Shown here one piece after another: positions 25,634-35,985 of a DNA stretch of 46,508 nucleotides. The position numbers and the translations under genes are program-made. The DNA comes from a virus. Taxonomy: Duplodnaviria > Caudoviricetes. The notes under the pieces are model-generated. The model saw nothing but the letters and a program-made list of their open reading frames with translations, was not told the DNA's origin and ran no database searches. The stretch is taken from positions 1 to 46,508 of IMG/VR virus record IMGVR_UViG_3300017448_000028, one strand, 5' to 3'. How positions within the stretch are numbered: position 1 is the stretch's first letter; each line of letters opens with the position of its first letter.

Positions 25634-26019
25634 CCGCCACCGTGACGGCCAAGCCGCGCAAGAACGGGCGCGCCCCGGCCAAGGTCCAGACCGCGACGGT
25701 GGCTCCGTTCGCGGCGCTGTCCTTCGCCAAGCGCGGCCCGGACGAAGACGGCGACCGCATCCCCCTGTTCGAGATCGACGGCACCGAATACACGATCCCG
25801 GCCGTCGTGCCGACCGGCGACGCCCTGCTGCACCTCGCGGTCACGAACAACCTGCCTGACGAGGCGATGCGCGGCATGTACCTGCTGCGCGAACTCGCCG
25901 GCCCGGACGCGCTCACCGCGCTGCTCGGCCAGGCGGACATGTCGGACACCGACTGGCACAAGCTGATCTCGATCCTGTCGACGCACTGTTTCGGGCGCCT
26001 GGAGGCCCCGGGAAACTGA
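25630..26019 (+). CDS. Tail assembly chaperone (G)
   Basis: Between tail tube and tape measure; ends CCG GGA AAC TGA. Confidence 0.82.
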   Translation: MTATVTAKPRKNGRAPAKVQTATVAPFAALSFAKRGPDEDGDRIPLFEIDGTEYTIPAVVPTGDALLHLAVTNNLPDEAMRGMYLLRELAGPDALTALLGQADMSDTDWHKLISILSTHCFGRLEAPGN

Positions 26020-26306
26020 CGTCGCGGCTCCGGCAGATCACGTGGACGCTCTCGCATCTCGATGACCTGCGCAGTGATTTCAGTGTGCTGCACAGGGTGG
26101 ATGAGATCGAGCAGCTGCCGGGGCCGCGGTTCTTCGCCTACTGCTACCGGCTCTCCGCCTACCAGGGCGTGATCTCGCTGGAGGCGCGGCGTGCGGCGGC
26201 CGTGCGCACGCAGCAGCGGGCCGCAGGGCCGGTGAGCATCGGCGATTGGGCCAAGACGCACAGGGCCGCGATGGAAGCGGCGTCCGAGACGAACGGGAGG
26301 AGGTGA
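26010..26306 (+). CDS. Tail assembly chaperone -1 frameshift extension (GT); slippery site GGGAAAC at 26010-26016
   Basis: X XXY YYZ heptamer in correct phase; the -1 frame is open from the site to 26306. Confidence 0.85.
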   Translation, partial: GKLTSRLRQITWTLSHLDDLRSDFSVLHRVDEIEQLPGPRFFAYCYRLSAYQGVISLEARRAAAVRTQQRAAGPVSIGDWAKTHRAAMEAASETNGRR

Positions 26307-26309
26307 ACC

Positions 26310-28979
26310 ATGGCAGGCTTCAAGATCGCTGACGGGTATGTGTCGGTCACCCCCGACGACGACGGGTTCGAGGAGCAACTGCGCGAGAAGATCCAGGCGG
26401 CGGCCGAAGGCGTCAAGGCGAACGTCGGACTCGGCCTGACCGACGACGCGGTGATCGAGCTCGACGAGGATGTGCACGCCGCGATCGACCTCGCCACCGA
26501 GGACGCGAAGGCGAACGTCGGGCTCGGTCTGAAGGACGACGCCGTCGAAGCCCTCGACGCGGATGTGAAGGCGGCTACCGATCTGGTCGGCGAGGACGCC
26601 AAGGTCAAGGTGTCGGTCGACGACAAGTCCGCCGAAGACTCTGGCGAGGGCATGGGCGGCCTGATCGTCGCGGGGATCGTCGCCGGCCTCGGGCTGGGCG
26701 CGCCGCTGCTGCTCGCCGCGACCGGCGCGGCGTTCGTCGGGATCGCCGCATATGCGCTTAAGTCGAACAAGGTCATCGCCGCCGACTACACGCAGCTGGG
26801 CAAGACCGCCGAGACCGCCCTGACGCAGGCTGCTGCGCCGCTTGCCGGGGTGATGAACCAGAACCTCCAGACCCTGAACTCTTCGATCAAGGAGTTGCAG
26901 CCGACTCTCGACGGCCTGTTCGCGAACCTGGGCCCGGACATCACCTCGGTGACCGGTGGGATCATCTCGTTCACCTCCAACGCGCTGCCGGGGCTGTCGC
27001 AGGCGGTCAACGACTCGCACGACGAAGTCCAGGCCTTCGCAAGCGGCCTTGGCTCGCTCGGCACCGGTGTGGGCGGCTTCTTCACCGGCCTGACGAGGGA
27101 CTCGCTGACCACGAGCGCGGGGATGCAGGCCACGTTCGGGCTGCTCGGCAACACCCTGACGACCCTCGGCAGCGTGCTCGGTTCGGCGTCGTCGGCGATC
27201 AGCGCGGACCTGATGGCGATCGTCCCGGCGGCGGATGCCGTGCTGGGCGCCATCGACAAGATCGCTGACCCGGCGACCGTCGGCGCGGCGCTCGGCGCGT
27301 TCTCCGCGTCGAAGTTCTCCGGCCCGATCAAGTCCGGCCTCCAGTCCGTCTCCAACGGGTTCCTGAACGTCGCGGCCAAGGCCGAAGGCGCAGGCGGCGT
27401 GCTCGGCTCCGTCGGCGGCGCCGCGGAAAAGGCGTCGGGCGGCTTCAGCACGATGGCGGACGTGATGGGCGGCCCGTGGGGCATGGCCATCGGCGCCGGA
27501 GTCGGCCTGCTCTCCGGTCTGGCTGGGTCGATGTTCAACGCGGCGAAGGCTTCCGACGCACTCACCCTGTCCCAGACGACCCTCACCCAGTCGGTGTCGC
27601 AGGACAGCGATACTGCGGGCGCCGCGACGGCCGCTCTGGTCGCCCAAACCTTCGCCACCGACGGCCTGTCCAAGAGCGCTGCCGCGGCGGGGGTGTCCAC
27701 CTCGACCTGGACGCAGGCGGTCCTCGGCAGCTCGACCGCACAGCAGAAGGTCCTGGACGCCGTCGACAAGACGAACCAGGCGACGCAGAACCAGGCCGCC
27801 GCCACCGACAACGCGACGCACTCCACCGGCAAGTTCTCCGACGAGCAGAAGGACGCGCAGGAGGCGGCGCAAGGCAGCGCGGCGGCGACGAACAAGCTCA
27901 CCGTCCAGAACCAGCAGCTCGTCAACTCGCTGAACGCACAGACCAAGCAGGTCGCCACCACCATCGCCCAGCAGACCACCTATGAGCAGGCCATGGCCGC
28001 GCTGACCAACACGCAGCAGCTGTTCAACGCGTCACTGACCGCCGGATACAAGTCGATGGTCGCCAGCGCGCAGGCCGCATCCCTGACGACGGTGGCGAAC
28101 CTGAACCTCGGCACCTCGAACTACGCCCTGAACACGTCGCTGGACCAGACGCTGACCACCTACCAGGAAGCGTCCACGCAGGCGAGCTCCTACAACACGG
28201 TGCTCGGCGCGCTGAACGGCACGACGATGAGCCTGGACGAGGCGCAGAACACGCTCGCCCAGCAGATGCTCACGGCGAAGACGTCGTTCAAGGCGAACAA
28301 GGACTCGCTCGACGAGAACACTCAGGCCGGCATCGACGACCGGCAGGCCCTGGTCTCGGCGGCGCAGGCGATTACCGCGATGGGTGTCGCGCAGGAGCAG
28401 GCGACCGGCAGTGTGAACGCGGGCAACGCGAAGATCCAACAGCAGATCACCGCGTTCGTGGCCACGACCGGCGCGACCGGGAAGGCCAAGCAGGCAATCA
28501 TCGCGTACCTGGAGCAGATCGCGAAGATCCCGGCGAGCACGAGCACGACCGTGAACGTGAACACAGGCGCGGCGATGAATTCGCTCAACCAGATCTCCGG
28601 CAAGCTGGCATCGCTGATGAGCACCGAGTCGACGGCCGGGGCCACGGAGTCCCAGCTCAACTCGAACGCGAACTCGCTACTGCACTCGCTCGGCCACAAG
28701 GCCGCCGGTGGGGACGTCTCCGGCGGCACGGCGTACGTGGTCGGCGACGGTGGCCGGCCCGAAGTGTTCGTGGCACCGACGGACGGCTACATCTACCCCT
28801 CGGTCGGCGCCGGGCAGCAGGCGATCGCCCAGCACAACGCGCAGGTCGCCGGGAGTGCCAGCCGCGGCGGCGCGTCGGTGACGGTGCACCAGTACTACTC
28901 CGGTTCCGCGCTCCCGACGGTCGAGCAGTCCGCGAACATGCGCCGCGAACTCTCCTACACCCTGGGGGTCCCGGCATGA
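26310..28979 (+). CDS. Tape measure protein
   Basis: 889 aa, Ala/Gly/Thr-rich helical; FKIADGYV start; AAGG..YVVGD.GRPE C-terminus. Confidence 0.92.
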   Translation: MAGFKIADGYVSVTPDDDGFEEQLREKIQAAAEGVKANVGLGLTDDAVIELDEDVHAAIDLATEDAKANVGLGLKDDAVEALDADVKAATDLVGEDAKVKVSVDDKSAEDSGEGMGGLIVAGIVAGLGLGAPLLLAATGAAFVGIAAYALKSNKVIAADYTQLGKTAETALTQAAAPLAGVMNQNLQTLNSSIKELQPTLDGLFANLGPDITSVTGGIISFTSNALPGLSQAVNDSHDEVQAFASGLGSLGTGVGGFFTGLTRDSLTTSAGMQATFGLLGNTLTTLGSVLGSASSAISADLMAIVPAADAVLGAIDKIADPATVGAALGAFSASKFSGPIKSGLQSVSNGFLNVAAKAEGAGGVLGSVGGAAEKASGGFSTMADVMGGPWGMAIGAGVGLLSGLAGSMFNAAKASDALTLSQTTLTQSVSQDSDTAGAATAALVAQTFATDGLSKSAAAAGVSTSTWTQAVLGSSTAQQKVLDAVDKTNQATQNQAAATDNATHSTGKFSDEQKDAQEAAQGSAAATNKLTVQNQQLVNSLNAQTKQVATTIAQQTTYEQAMAALTNTQQLFNASLTAGYKSMVASAQAASLTTVANLNLGTSNYALNTSLDQTLTTYQEASTQASSYNTVLGALNGTTMSLDEAQNTLAQQMLTAKTSFKANKDSLDENTQAGIDDRQALVSAAQAITAMGVAQEQATGSVNAGNAKIQQQITAFVATTGATGKAKQAIIAYLEQIAKIPASTSTTVNVNTGAAMNSLNQISGKLASLMSTESTAGATESQLNSNANSLLHSLGHKAAGGDVSGGTAYVVGDGGRPEVFVAPTDGYIYPSVGAGQQAIAQHNAQVAGSASRGGASVTVHQYYSGSALPTVEQSANMRRELSYTLGVPA

Positions 28980-30178
28980 CGACCTGGGCACCCGGCAGTG
29001 CTCCGAACCCGCCGCCGACGCTGAACTTCTACGACCAGGCATCCGGGACGCTCGTCGACCCGACGTCCGTGCAGCTCGACCTCACCTACGGCGACACCCT
29101 CGGCAACGGGGCGCCGGACTTCGCCGGACCGTACACCTACGCGGGCGCGTCGTCCCCGACACCCGGACAGGTGTACCGGATCTCGACCGGCGTCTACGCC
29201 TACCAGTGGACGATCCCGAACACGGCGCCGAACGGCGTGTACATCGCGAACTGGACGGTCGTCTACGAGGGCAACACCTACATCGGGTTCGACAACCTCA
29301 CCGTCGCGGGCGGCACCGTCACGCCGGTCGCATCCCTCGACGTCGGGTTCTGGACCGGGTCGATCACCTACGGGTCGGTGGTGCTGCCGCTCGGCGCGGT
29401 GGACGCGAACGGCACCTCGTGGGCGCTGATCGGCGTGGACGGCCTCGACGGCGATCCGACGGACGGCCAGGTCGTGCAGCGGGCCGGGGATCACGGCGGA
29501 TATCCGACGCCGCAGTATTACGCGCCCCGGCCGATCACGTTGCGGATCTGGGCGTCCGCGCAGTCCCATGCGCTGCGGGATATCGCCCGCGCGTTGTTGC
29601 AGCAGGCGGTGCCGGTCAGCGATATGGCGACGCTCGTCTACAACGAGCCGGTCCCGAAGGCGCTGATGGTGCGCCGCTCCGGTGCGATCAAGGAGTCGTA
29701 TCCGACGCTGCTGGATTGCGTGTTCTCGGTCGGGCTGATCGCGCCGGACCCGCGCAAGTACGGCACGCAGTGGACCGTCAGCGTGACGGCGAACGCGACG
29801 AATCTGGGCATCGTTTTCCCGGTCGTTTTTCCGATCACCTTCCCGGCGCAGACGCCGCCGGGGGTGGCGGACGTGGCGAACGGCGGCAACTTCGAGACGC
29901 GCCCGGTCATCACGGTCAACGGGCCGATCACGGCGCCCGGCGTCTACAACGCGACCACCGGTCAGACGATCTCGTTCTCGATGCTCGCGATGCAGTCCAC
30001 CGACACGCTGATCGTCGACCTGCTCAACAAGGTCGCCCTGCTCAACGGCGCCTACTACCCGGCCGACCTCCAGTCCTCCTGGTGGGTTCTCGATCCGGGC
30101 GCGTCGCAGATCATCCTCCAGGGCTCCGGCGCGGCCGGCGCGGAGATGACCATCACCTACCAAGACGCCTGGATGTGA
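28976..30178 (+). CDS. Distal tail (Dit-like) minor tail protein with N-terminal Ig-like domain
   Basis: PRPITLR...APDPRKY...NGGNFETRPVITVNGP...WWVLDPG...YQDAW. Confidence 0.75.
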   Translation: MTTWAPGSAPNPPPTLNFYDQASGTLVDPTSVQLDLTYGDTLGNGAPDFAGPYTYAGASSPTPGQVYRISTGVYAYQWTIPNTAPNGVYIANWTVVYEGNTYIGFDNLTVAGGTVTPVASLDVGFWTGSITYGSVVLPLGAVDANGTSWALIGVDGLDGDPTDGQVVQRAGDHGGYPTPQYYAPRPITLRIWASAQSHALRDIARALLQQAVPVSDMATLVYNEPVPKALMVRRSGAIKESYPTLLDCVFSVGLIAPDPRKYGTQWTVSVTANATNLGIVFPVVFPITFPAQTPPGVADVANGGNFETRPVITVNGPITAPGVYNATTGQTISFSMLAMQSTDTLIVDLLNKVALLNGAYYPADLQSSWWVLDPGASQIILQGSGAAGAEMTITYQDAWM

Positions 30179-30182
30179 CGCC

Positions 30183-31223
30183 ATGACCACGTCGTACGCG
30201 ATGAGGAATTTCGCCTTCGGCGACGGCCTGACCTACGGCTCCCAGGACGTGCGGCTCGCACTCGGCGCCCTGATGGCCGCGCTCGGCGGGAGCTCCGGCA
30301 ACGCGCTCGCCGTCGGCTCCGGCGTGCTCGACGCGCCCGGCACCCCGCTGAAGGCGGCGGCATCCTCGGGCCTGTCGGTCACGGTCAGCCCCGGGTTCGC
30401 GGTCATCCAGTCGGGCTCGGTGAACGGCGGCGGCTACATAGCGACCCTGGACGCGACCCCGACGCTCACGTGCGCCACCGCCTCACCCACCTACGCGCGC
30501 ATCGACTCGGTGTGCCTCACCATCACCGACCTGGGCACGTCCGGTTCGACGATCGCCGTGCAGATCGTCACCGGCACCGCGGCGGCGTCGCCGGTCGCCC
30601 CGACGCTGCCGGCGCTCTCACTGCTGCTGTGCAACATCAACGTGCCGGCCAACGCGACCACCCTGACGTCCGGCAACTTGACCGACGAGCGGCAGTTCAC
30701 GGCCGCCCGGGGTGGCATCACGCCGTACCTGTCCTCGTCGGACTGGCCCACCGTCGGGCCGAGCTCCGCCTACGGGCACGACGACGCCACCTCGCGGCTC
30801 AAGCGATACAGCAACACCGCCGGGACGCTGGTTGCGCCGTCCACCGTCGGGTTCGCGCCGGCCTACGGTGCTGCGGGCACCGTCAGCGGCGCGGGTACCG
30901 CCGAGACCGTCTCCTCGGCGAGTGTGGCCGTGGACGGGTCCACCAGCGTCCGCATCACGATCACGTGGGCATGGGTCTCCACCGCCGGCACCACCGGGGG
31001 TAACGGCGGGGTGCTCGCGGCCAGCCGGGGGGGCACGACTCTCGCCGAGGCCATCGTCTACACGACGGGCGCCGACTCGAACATCGCCGGCGGCAGCGCG
31101 GTCTTCTACGACCAGACGCCCGCAGCCGGCTCGTACACCTATATCTTCACCGTCAGCAACCAGGGCGCGGGCACCTTCCAGGTGCACGCGGGCACGATCA
31201 CCCTCGAAGCGGTCCCGTCGTGA
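30183..31223 (+). CDS. Minor tail protein
   Basis: VTVSPG..RIDSV...IVTGT...PTLP...TDERQF. Confidence 0.75.
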   Translation: MTTSYAMRNFAFGDGLTYGSQDVRLALGALMAALGGSSGNALAVGSGVLDAPGTPLKAAASSGLSVTVSPGFAVIQSGSVNGGGYIATLDATPTLTCATASPTYARIDSVCLTITDLGTSGSTIAVQIVTGTAAASPVAPTLPALSLLLCNINVPANATTLTSGNLTDERQFTAARGGITPYLSSSDWPTVGPSSAYGHDDATSRLKRYSNTAGTLVAPSTVGFAPAYGAAGTVSGAGTAETVSSASVAVDGSTSVRITITWAWVSTAGTTGGNGGVLAASRGGTTLAEAIVYTTGADSNIAGGSAVFYDQTPAAGSYTYIFTVSNQGAGTFQVHAGTITLEAVPS

Positions 31224-32431
31224 GCACCTACCAGTACGTCGCGACGAACGTGCTCACCGGGCAGCTGCTCGCCCCGGACATTCCGCTGGTCGTCAAGTCG
31301 GCGACGCGCGCCATCTCCGGGATCGGGCGCCTGGACGGCTACCTGTCGCTCAACGACCAGTCCGCGGCGGCCACCGCCGGGTTCATGCGCGCGCTGATCC
31401 CGGGCCAGGCGCTGTTGTGGGTGCTCCAGGACGGCTTCCCGGTGTGGTGCGGGATCGTGCTCGACTCGCCGCACCAGTCGGTGCTCACCCACCAGTACCC
31501 GATCACGGCGTACACGCTCGAGCAGATCTTCTCTCAGCGCGTCATCCAGGCCCCGCTCACCTACACGGCCGTGGACGTGTTCGACATCATGCGCGCCCTG
31601 GTGACCTACGGCACGACGAGCACCGCCGAGGCCCCGAACGCGCAGATCGCCGGACTCGTGCTCGGGTCTGGGGAATCCGGGATCACCGACACGTTGACGT
31701 TCGGGGTCTCCAACAGCCTGACGGCCGGCGGGAACACCTACTCGGGCTCCTTCACCGACGAGCAGGCCGTGCTCGACGCGATGACGACGCTCGCGAGCGC
31801 GGACGCGTTCGAGTTCACCTTCCAGCCGAAACTGAACGGGACCGCGCTCCAGGTTTCACTCGTGATGGGCGCTCCGGCGCTCGGGCAGTACAACGCGCCC
31901 GCGGTGAACCTGCTGTTCCCGGGTCCTGTGATCGACTATGCGCGGCCTGTGATGCGTTCGCAGTCCGGGAATGTCCTGCTCGGCACGAGCGCATCCAACG
32001 GGAACGGCACGACCTACGGCTCGCAGTATCCGCATGGTTTCGACACGGCGGACCTGGGCCAGGGCAACATCTTGCAGCAGGTCCCGGTGACGTGGCCGGG
32101 CGTCGGCATCACCGGGCAAGCGCAGATCAACCAGTACGTGGATTCGCTGATCAGCAAGTATACGGCGGGCACGATGGTGCCGCAGGTGATCCTCGGCGGC
32201 GGCGCGTTCCCGACGCTCGGGCAGATCGGCTTGGGTGACGCCGTGCGGTTCGCGGCGACCTCCGACCTGGATCCGGCGGGCCCCAACGGCGAGCCCGGGC
32301 TGCAGGTGACCGCGCGGGTGACCGGCTGGTCGCTGCAGCCGCCCGCGGAGTCCCAGCCGGAGCAGTTGGCGCTCACCCTGGGCGCGCTGCTCGGCTCGAC
32401 CGGTATCGGAGGGGTGGGGATCCCGTCGTGA
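31220..32431 (+). CDS. Minor tail / baseplate hub protein
   Basis: Position; PVWCGIV; LGDAVRF...ARVTGW. Confidence 0.72.
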   Translation: MSTYQYVATNVLTGQLLAPDIPLVVKSATRAISGIGRLDGYLSLNDQSAAATAGFMRALIPGQALLWVLQDGFPVWCGIVLDSPHQSVLTHQYPITAYTLEQIFSQRVIQAPLTYTAVDVFDIMRALVTYGTTSTAEAPNAQIAGLVLGSGESGITDTLTFGVSNSLTAGGNTYSGSFTDEQAVLDAMTTLASADAFEFTFQPKLNGTALQVSLVMGAPALGQYNAPAVNLLFPGPVIDYARPVMRSQSGNVLLGTSASNGNGTTYGSQYPHGFDTADLGQGNILQQVPVTWPGVGITGQAQINQYVDSLISKYTAGTMVPQVILGGGAFPTLGQIGLGDAVRFAATSDLDPAGPNGEPGLQVTARVTGWSLQPPAESQPEQLALTLGALLGSTGIGGVGIPS

Positions 32432-32727
32432 GCTCAGCTTTCCCGCGGCCGATCGACCAGCGTCCGGAGGAGTGGGGCCGCGCCCTGGTCGCCGCCGTCA
32501 AGCGGCTGCAGGCGAAAACCGCCTTCATCGAGACCGGCTGCACGATGACGTCCTACATCGGCACGATCCCCGGCACCTACACGTCCGGGGATCCGACCGT
32601 CGTGCTCGCGACCGGCACCGTGCTCGGGCCGCTGCAGCACCTGAAGAGCTACACGCCCGTCGCCGGGGACATCGTGCTGGTCGTGCCGGTGGGGCAGACC
32701 TACATCGTCGCCGGCACCTTCGCTTAG
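32428..32727 (+). CDS. Small minor tail protein (OB-fold spike-like)
   Basis: YTPVAGDIVLV...YIVAG. Confidence 0.6.
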   Translation: MSSAFPRPIDQRPEEWGRALVAAVKRLQAKTAFIETGCTMTSYIGTIPGTYTSGDPTVVLATGTVLGPLQHLKSYTPVAGDIVLVVPVGQTYIVAGTFA

Positions 32728-32736
32728 GAGATCCGA

Positions 32737-34809
32737 ATGGTAGCGATCATGTACGGTGCCGACGACAGGGCGTTCGCCCTCGTGCCGACCGGCGTGCAGA
32801 CCTCGAACTACACGGCGGCGGCGAATCAGCTCGTGGTGTGCGACTCGAGCAGCGGCGCCTTGAGCGTCACGCTGCCGACCGCGCCCGCGGACCGGACGCT
32901 GATCGGCATCAAGCTGATCAACTCGGCAGCCGACCCGAACCCGGTCACGGTGCACACGGGCGCCGGCGACGTCTTCAACAAGACGGGCGGCTCGACGACC
33001 GCGACCCTCGACGTGCCCTACCAGGGTCTGATCGCGCAGTATGAGGCGTCGACGGGGGTCTGGTTCCCGGTCAGCGATGACCTGCCGCTCGCCCAGTTGG
33101 ACGTGCGGTACGGGTTCGTCACCAGCGTGAAGACGTTCGGTGCGACCGGGAACGGTACGACGGACGACACGGCGGCGATCAACGCGGCGCTGGTCGCGGC
33201 GAACGCGGCCGGCGGCGGCATCGTGGTGATGCCGTGGGGCACCTACCTGGTGTCGGGCACGATCTCGATACCGCCCTATGTGCAGCTCGTCGGCCAGGTG
33301 GCGGTGTCGCTGAACCTGAACACGCCGCCGGCCACGACGTCGCGGATCGTGGCCGCGGCCGGTTGGGCTCCGTCGTCGTCCACAGGCATCGTCTCGATCA
33401 TGTCGAAGACTCCGGGCGGCTGGGCGGTCAACTCCGCGGCGGCCGGGTTGAAGCAGATCTACATCGACGGTTCGCTGAACTCGAACACGAATCTCCAGGG
33501 CATCAACCTGGTCGGCCCGGTCTACGACGTGCATCTTGAGGATGTTTTCGTATTCACCGCGCCGCATAACGGAATCACGGCGAGCGGACAGACGGAGTCC
33601 GGGATTACGCCGACCTATCCGTATCACGCCCGGTTCGATCGGGTGAACGTCGTCAGCGCGGGCAACTACGGTTTCAATATCACCAACTTCACGGATAGTA
33701 CTTTCAACAATTGCTTGGCGTTCGGGAATACGAGCAACGGGTGGACGATCAATAACTGCTCGAACACCGAACTGAACTGCTGCCGCGCCGAGTGGAACAA
33801 GACGGGCTTCTCGGCCAGCGGGTCGGCGGGGACGACCACCTTCACCGGCTGCACGACGGACCAGAACTCGCAAGAGGGACTCCTGGTCTCCGCGGCGACC
33901 GGGCAGGCCGTGCAGGGTGGCGGCATCGTCTGGACCGGCGGCAAGCTGCACGCCGACGGCAACTCGGGCACCTCCGGGCATACCTACGGCATCCAGATCA
34001 CCGGGTCCACCGTGCCGATCGCGATCACCGGGGTGAACGTCGAATCCGGCGAGAACATCAACAACAGCACCTTCTACCCGGCCAGCGCGATCGGCATCGG
34101 CACGAGCTCCAATGTCGCCGTCACCGGGAGCATCCTCCAGGGCATCACCGCGGCGTGGACGGACAACGGCGGCAACACGATCGTCTCCCGGGAGGGCTGC
34201 CTGGGCGCGACCGGCAACCCGAACACGCAGGTTTTCACACAGCTCCCGGATCTCTCGCCGACCGTGCAGCCGGACTACCTCCCCTCGGACCTGCCCACCC
34301 CGCTGCTCGCGTGGAACTTCGACCCGGCCTACTGCGCGTCCGGCTCAGCGATCACCCTGACCGACATCACGCTGATCCGGGTGAACATCCGCTACCCCAT
34401 GAAGGTCACCAACGTCGTGGCGTACATCACCGCGCTCGGCGCCACCCTCACCAGCAGCGAGAACTACGCCGGCATCTACAACTCCGCCGGGACCCGGATC
34501 GCGGTGACCGCGGACCAGACGACGAACTGGGAGACCGGGGGCACCGTCGGCGAGAACGTGATGCCGCTCGTCGGTGGCCCGTACGACCTGGCGCCCGGGT
34601 TCTACTGGGTGGCCCTGCTGGCCAACGGCACGACGGCCCCGACGTTCCTGCGGATGCCCACCCCGTTCTCGTCGAGCTCGGCCGACCTCGGCCAGTCGGT
34701 GACGGCGTCGCGCTGCGCCACGAACGGCACCGGGACAACGCTGCCGTCGAGCGTCACGCCGTCGTCCAACACCAACGCAGGACAGCTCTGGTGGGCCGGA
34801 GTGTCCTGA
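32737..34809 (+). CDS. Tailspike / receptor-binding protein with pectate-lyase-3-like beta-helix
   Basis: SVKTFGATGNGTTDDTAAINAAL...VVMPWGTYLVS; Asn/Thr/Gly-rich beta-helix repeats. Confidence 0.85.
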   Translation: MVAIMYGADDRAFALVPTGVQTSNYTAAANQLVVCDSSSGALSVTLPTAPADRTLIGIKLINSAADPNPVTVHTGAGDVFNKTGGSTTATLDVPYQGLIAQYEASTGVWFPVSDDLPLAQLDVRYGFVTSVKTFGATGNGTTDDTAAINAALVAANAAGGGIVVMPWGTYLVSGTISIPPYVQLVGQVAVSLNLNTPPATTSRIVAAAGWAPSSSTGIVSIMSKTPGGWAVNSAAAGLKQIYIDGSLNSNTNLQGINLVGPVYDVHLEDVFVFTAPHNGITASGQTESGITPTYPYHARFDRVNVVSAGNYGFNITNFTDSTFNNCLAFGNTSNGWTINNCSNTELNCCRAEWNKTGFSASGSAGTTTFTGCTTDQNSQEGLLVSAATGQAVQGGGIVWTGGKLHADGNSGTSGHTYGIQITGSTVPIAITGVNVESGENINNSTFYPASAIGIGTSSNVAVTGSILQGITAAWTDNGGNTIVSREGCLGATGNPNTQVFTQLPDLSPTVQPDYLPSDLPTPLLAWNFDPAYCASGSAITLTDITLIRVNIRYPMKVTNVVAYITALGATLTSSENYAGIYNSAGTRIAVTADQTTNWETGGTVGENVMPLVGGPYDLAPGFYWVALLANGTTAPTFLRMPTPFSSSSADLGQSVTASRCATNGTGTTLPSSVTPSSNTNAGQLWWAGVS

Positions 34810-34826
34810 TCGGCAGTGATGCGCTC

Positions 34827-34851
34827 TACGATGGTTCGTACAGATGTTCGA
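34827..34851 (+). promoter_or_regulatory. -10 element and LexA-box-like operator before the endolysin
   Basis: TACGAT at 34827; TCGTAC-AGAT-GTTCGA at 34836-34851, abutting the RBS. Confidence 0.6.
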
Positions 34852-34859
34852 GGAGGGAG

Positions 34860-35708
34860 ATGCTGATGACGCGCACGATGTACGACGCGATCGACGTGGC
34901 CAACCTGCCGCCCGGCGGCGACCTGTACGCCGGATACGACGACGGCCGGTGGCCAGACGCGCCCGCGATCGCCGCGCGGTTCCCGGGCAAGGAGGTCCTC
35001 CGGATCACCGTGTCGCCCTCGGACGATCAGGGTGTGATCGGGGACGGGCCGCCGGACAACGGGACGTGGCCGCAGTGGGTGACGTGGGTCGGGATGCGCC
35101 GCGCGGCCGGGGTGGACCCGTGGATCAACACGAACGCCTCCAGCTGGCAGGCCGGGAAGGACGCGTTCGCCGCAGCGCAGGTCGTCGAGCCGCACTGGTG
35201 GATCGCGGACTACGACAACGACCCGACGATCCCGCCGGGCGCGCTGATGAAGCAGTACGCCTCGAACGCCGACTACGACACCTCGTCGGCCGCCGACTAC
35301 CTGCCGGGGATCGACCCGGCACCGACCAGCGCGGCCCCGGCCGCCAGCACCGAGGAGGACGAGATGGCCATCTATCCGATCCAGGTCGGCCCCAACCCGA
35401 CCACCGGCGCCCCGTGGTCGTGCGGCGTCGCCTCGTGGCCGGCGGGACCGGCTGGCCAGCCCGGCATCCCGCATGTGCTGCAGCTGGTCGCCGACCCGGG
35501 CGGCTGGGGCGACACCGAGGGCCAGTTCCGGCTGGACTTCGACATGGAGAGCGGCCCGGACGTGGACACCATCGTCCTGGCCAAGCCGGCCGAGTCCGTC
35601 GCGCTCGAGCTCGCGTCGGTGCCCGGCTACAACCCGGCGCTGTGCCGCGGCGTCCTGATCACGCGGCCGGACGGCAAGAAGTGGCCGTGGGGTGGCCACG
35701 CCTCCTGA
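34860..35708 (+). CDS. Putative endolysin (GH25-like / DUF1906-like catalytic domain plus C-terminal domain)
   Basis: MYDA...AGYDDG...WWIADY...KQY...YDTS, linker ending TEEDEM; position before membrane genes. Confidence 0.7.
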   Translation: MLMTRTMYDAIDVANLPPGGDLYAGYDDGRWPDAPAIAARFPGKEVLRITVSPSDDQGVIGDGPPDNGTWPQWVTWVGMRRAAGVDPWINTNASSWQAGKDAFAAAQVVEPHWWIADYDNDPTIPPGALMKQYASNADYDTSSAADYLPGIDPAPTSAAPAASTEEDEMAIYPIQVGPNPTTGAPWSCGVASWPAGPAGQPGIPHVLQLVADPGGWGDTEGQFRLDFDMESGPDVDTIVLAKPAESVALELASVPGYNPALCRGVLITRPDGKKWPWGGHAS

Positions 35709-35743
35709 TGTCTGCGCACGTACGGGTTTGGACGGGATGATCC

Positions 35744-35980
35744 ATGGAGTCGTTCCTGATAGCGCTCGTATCCATCGAGGCCGGCGCTATAGCCGGGCTG
35801 ATCGGGTACGTTTTCAAGGCGCGGTCGGACGCTTTTGGCTGGAAGACCAGCTACGAGCGCGAGAAGGAGCGCTCGGAGCTGTATGCGGAGGCCGAGCGCG
35901 ACACGAAGCTCGCCGCGATGATCGGCGCCAAGTTCGTCGAGGCTCTTGGGCAGCTACCCAAGAGCGGAAGCGGAGCGTGA
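35744..35980 (+). CDS. Membrane protein of the lysis cassette
   Basis: N-terminal transmembrane helix, charged C-terminus. Confidence 0.6.
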   Translation: MESFLIALVSIEAGAIAGLIGYVFKARSDAFGWKTSYEREKERSELYAEAERDTKLAAMIGAKFVEALGQLPKSGSGA

Positions 35981-35985
35981 GGAGG

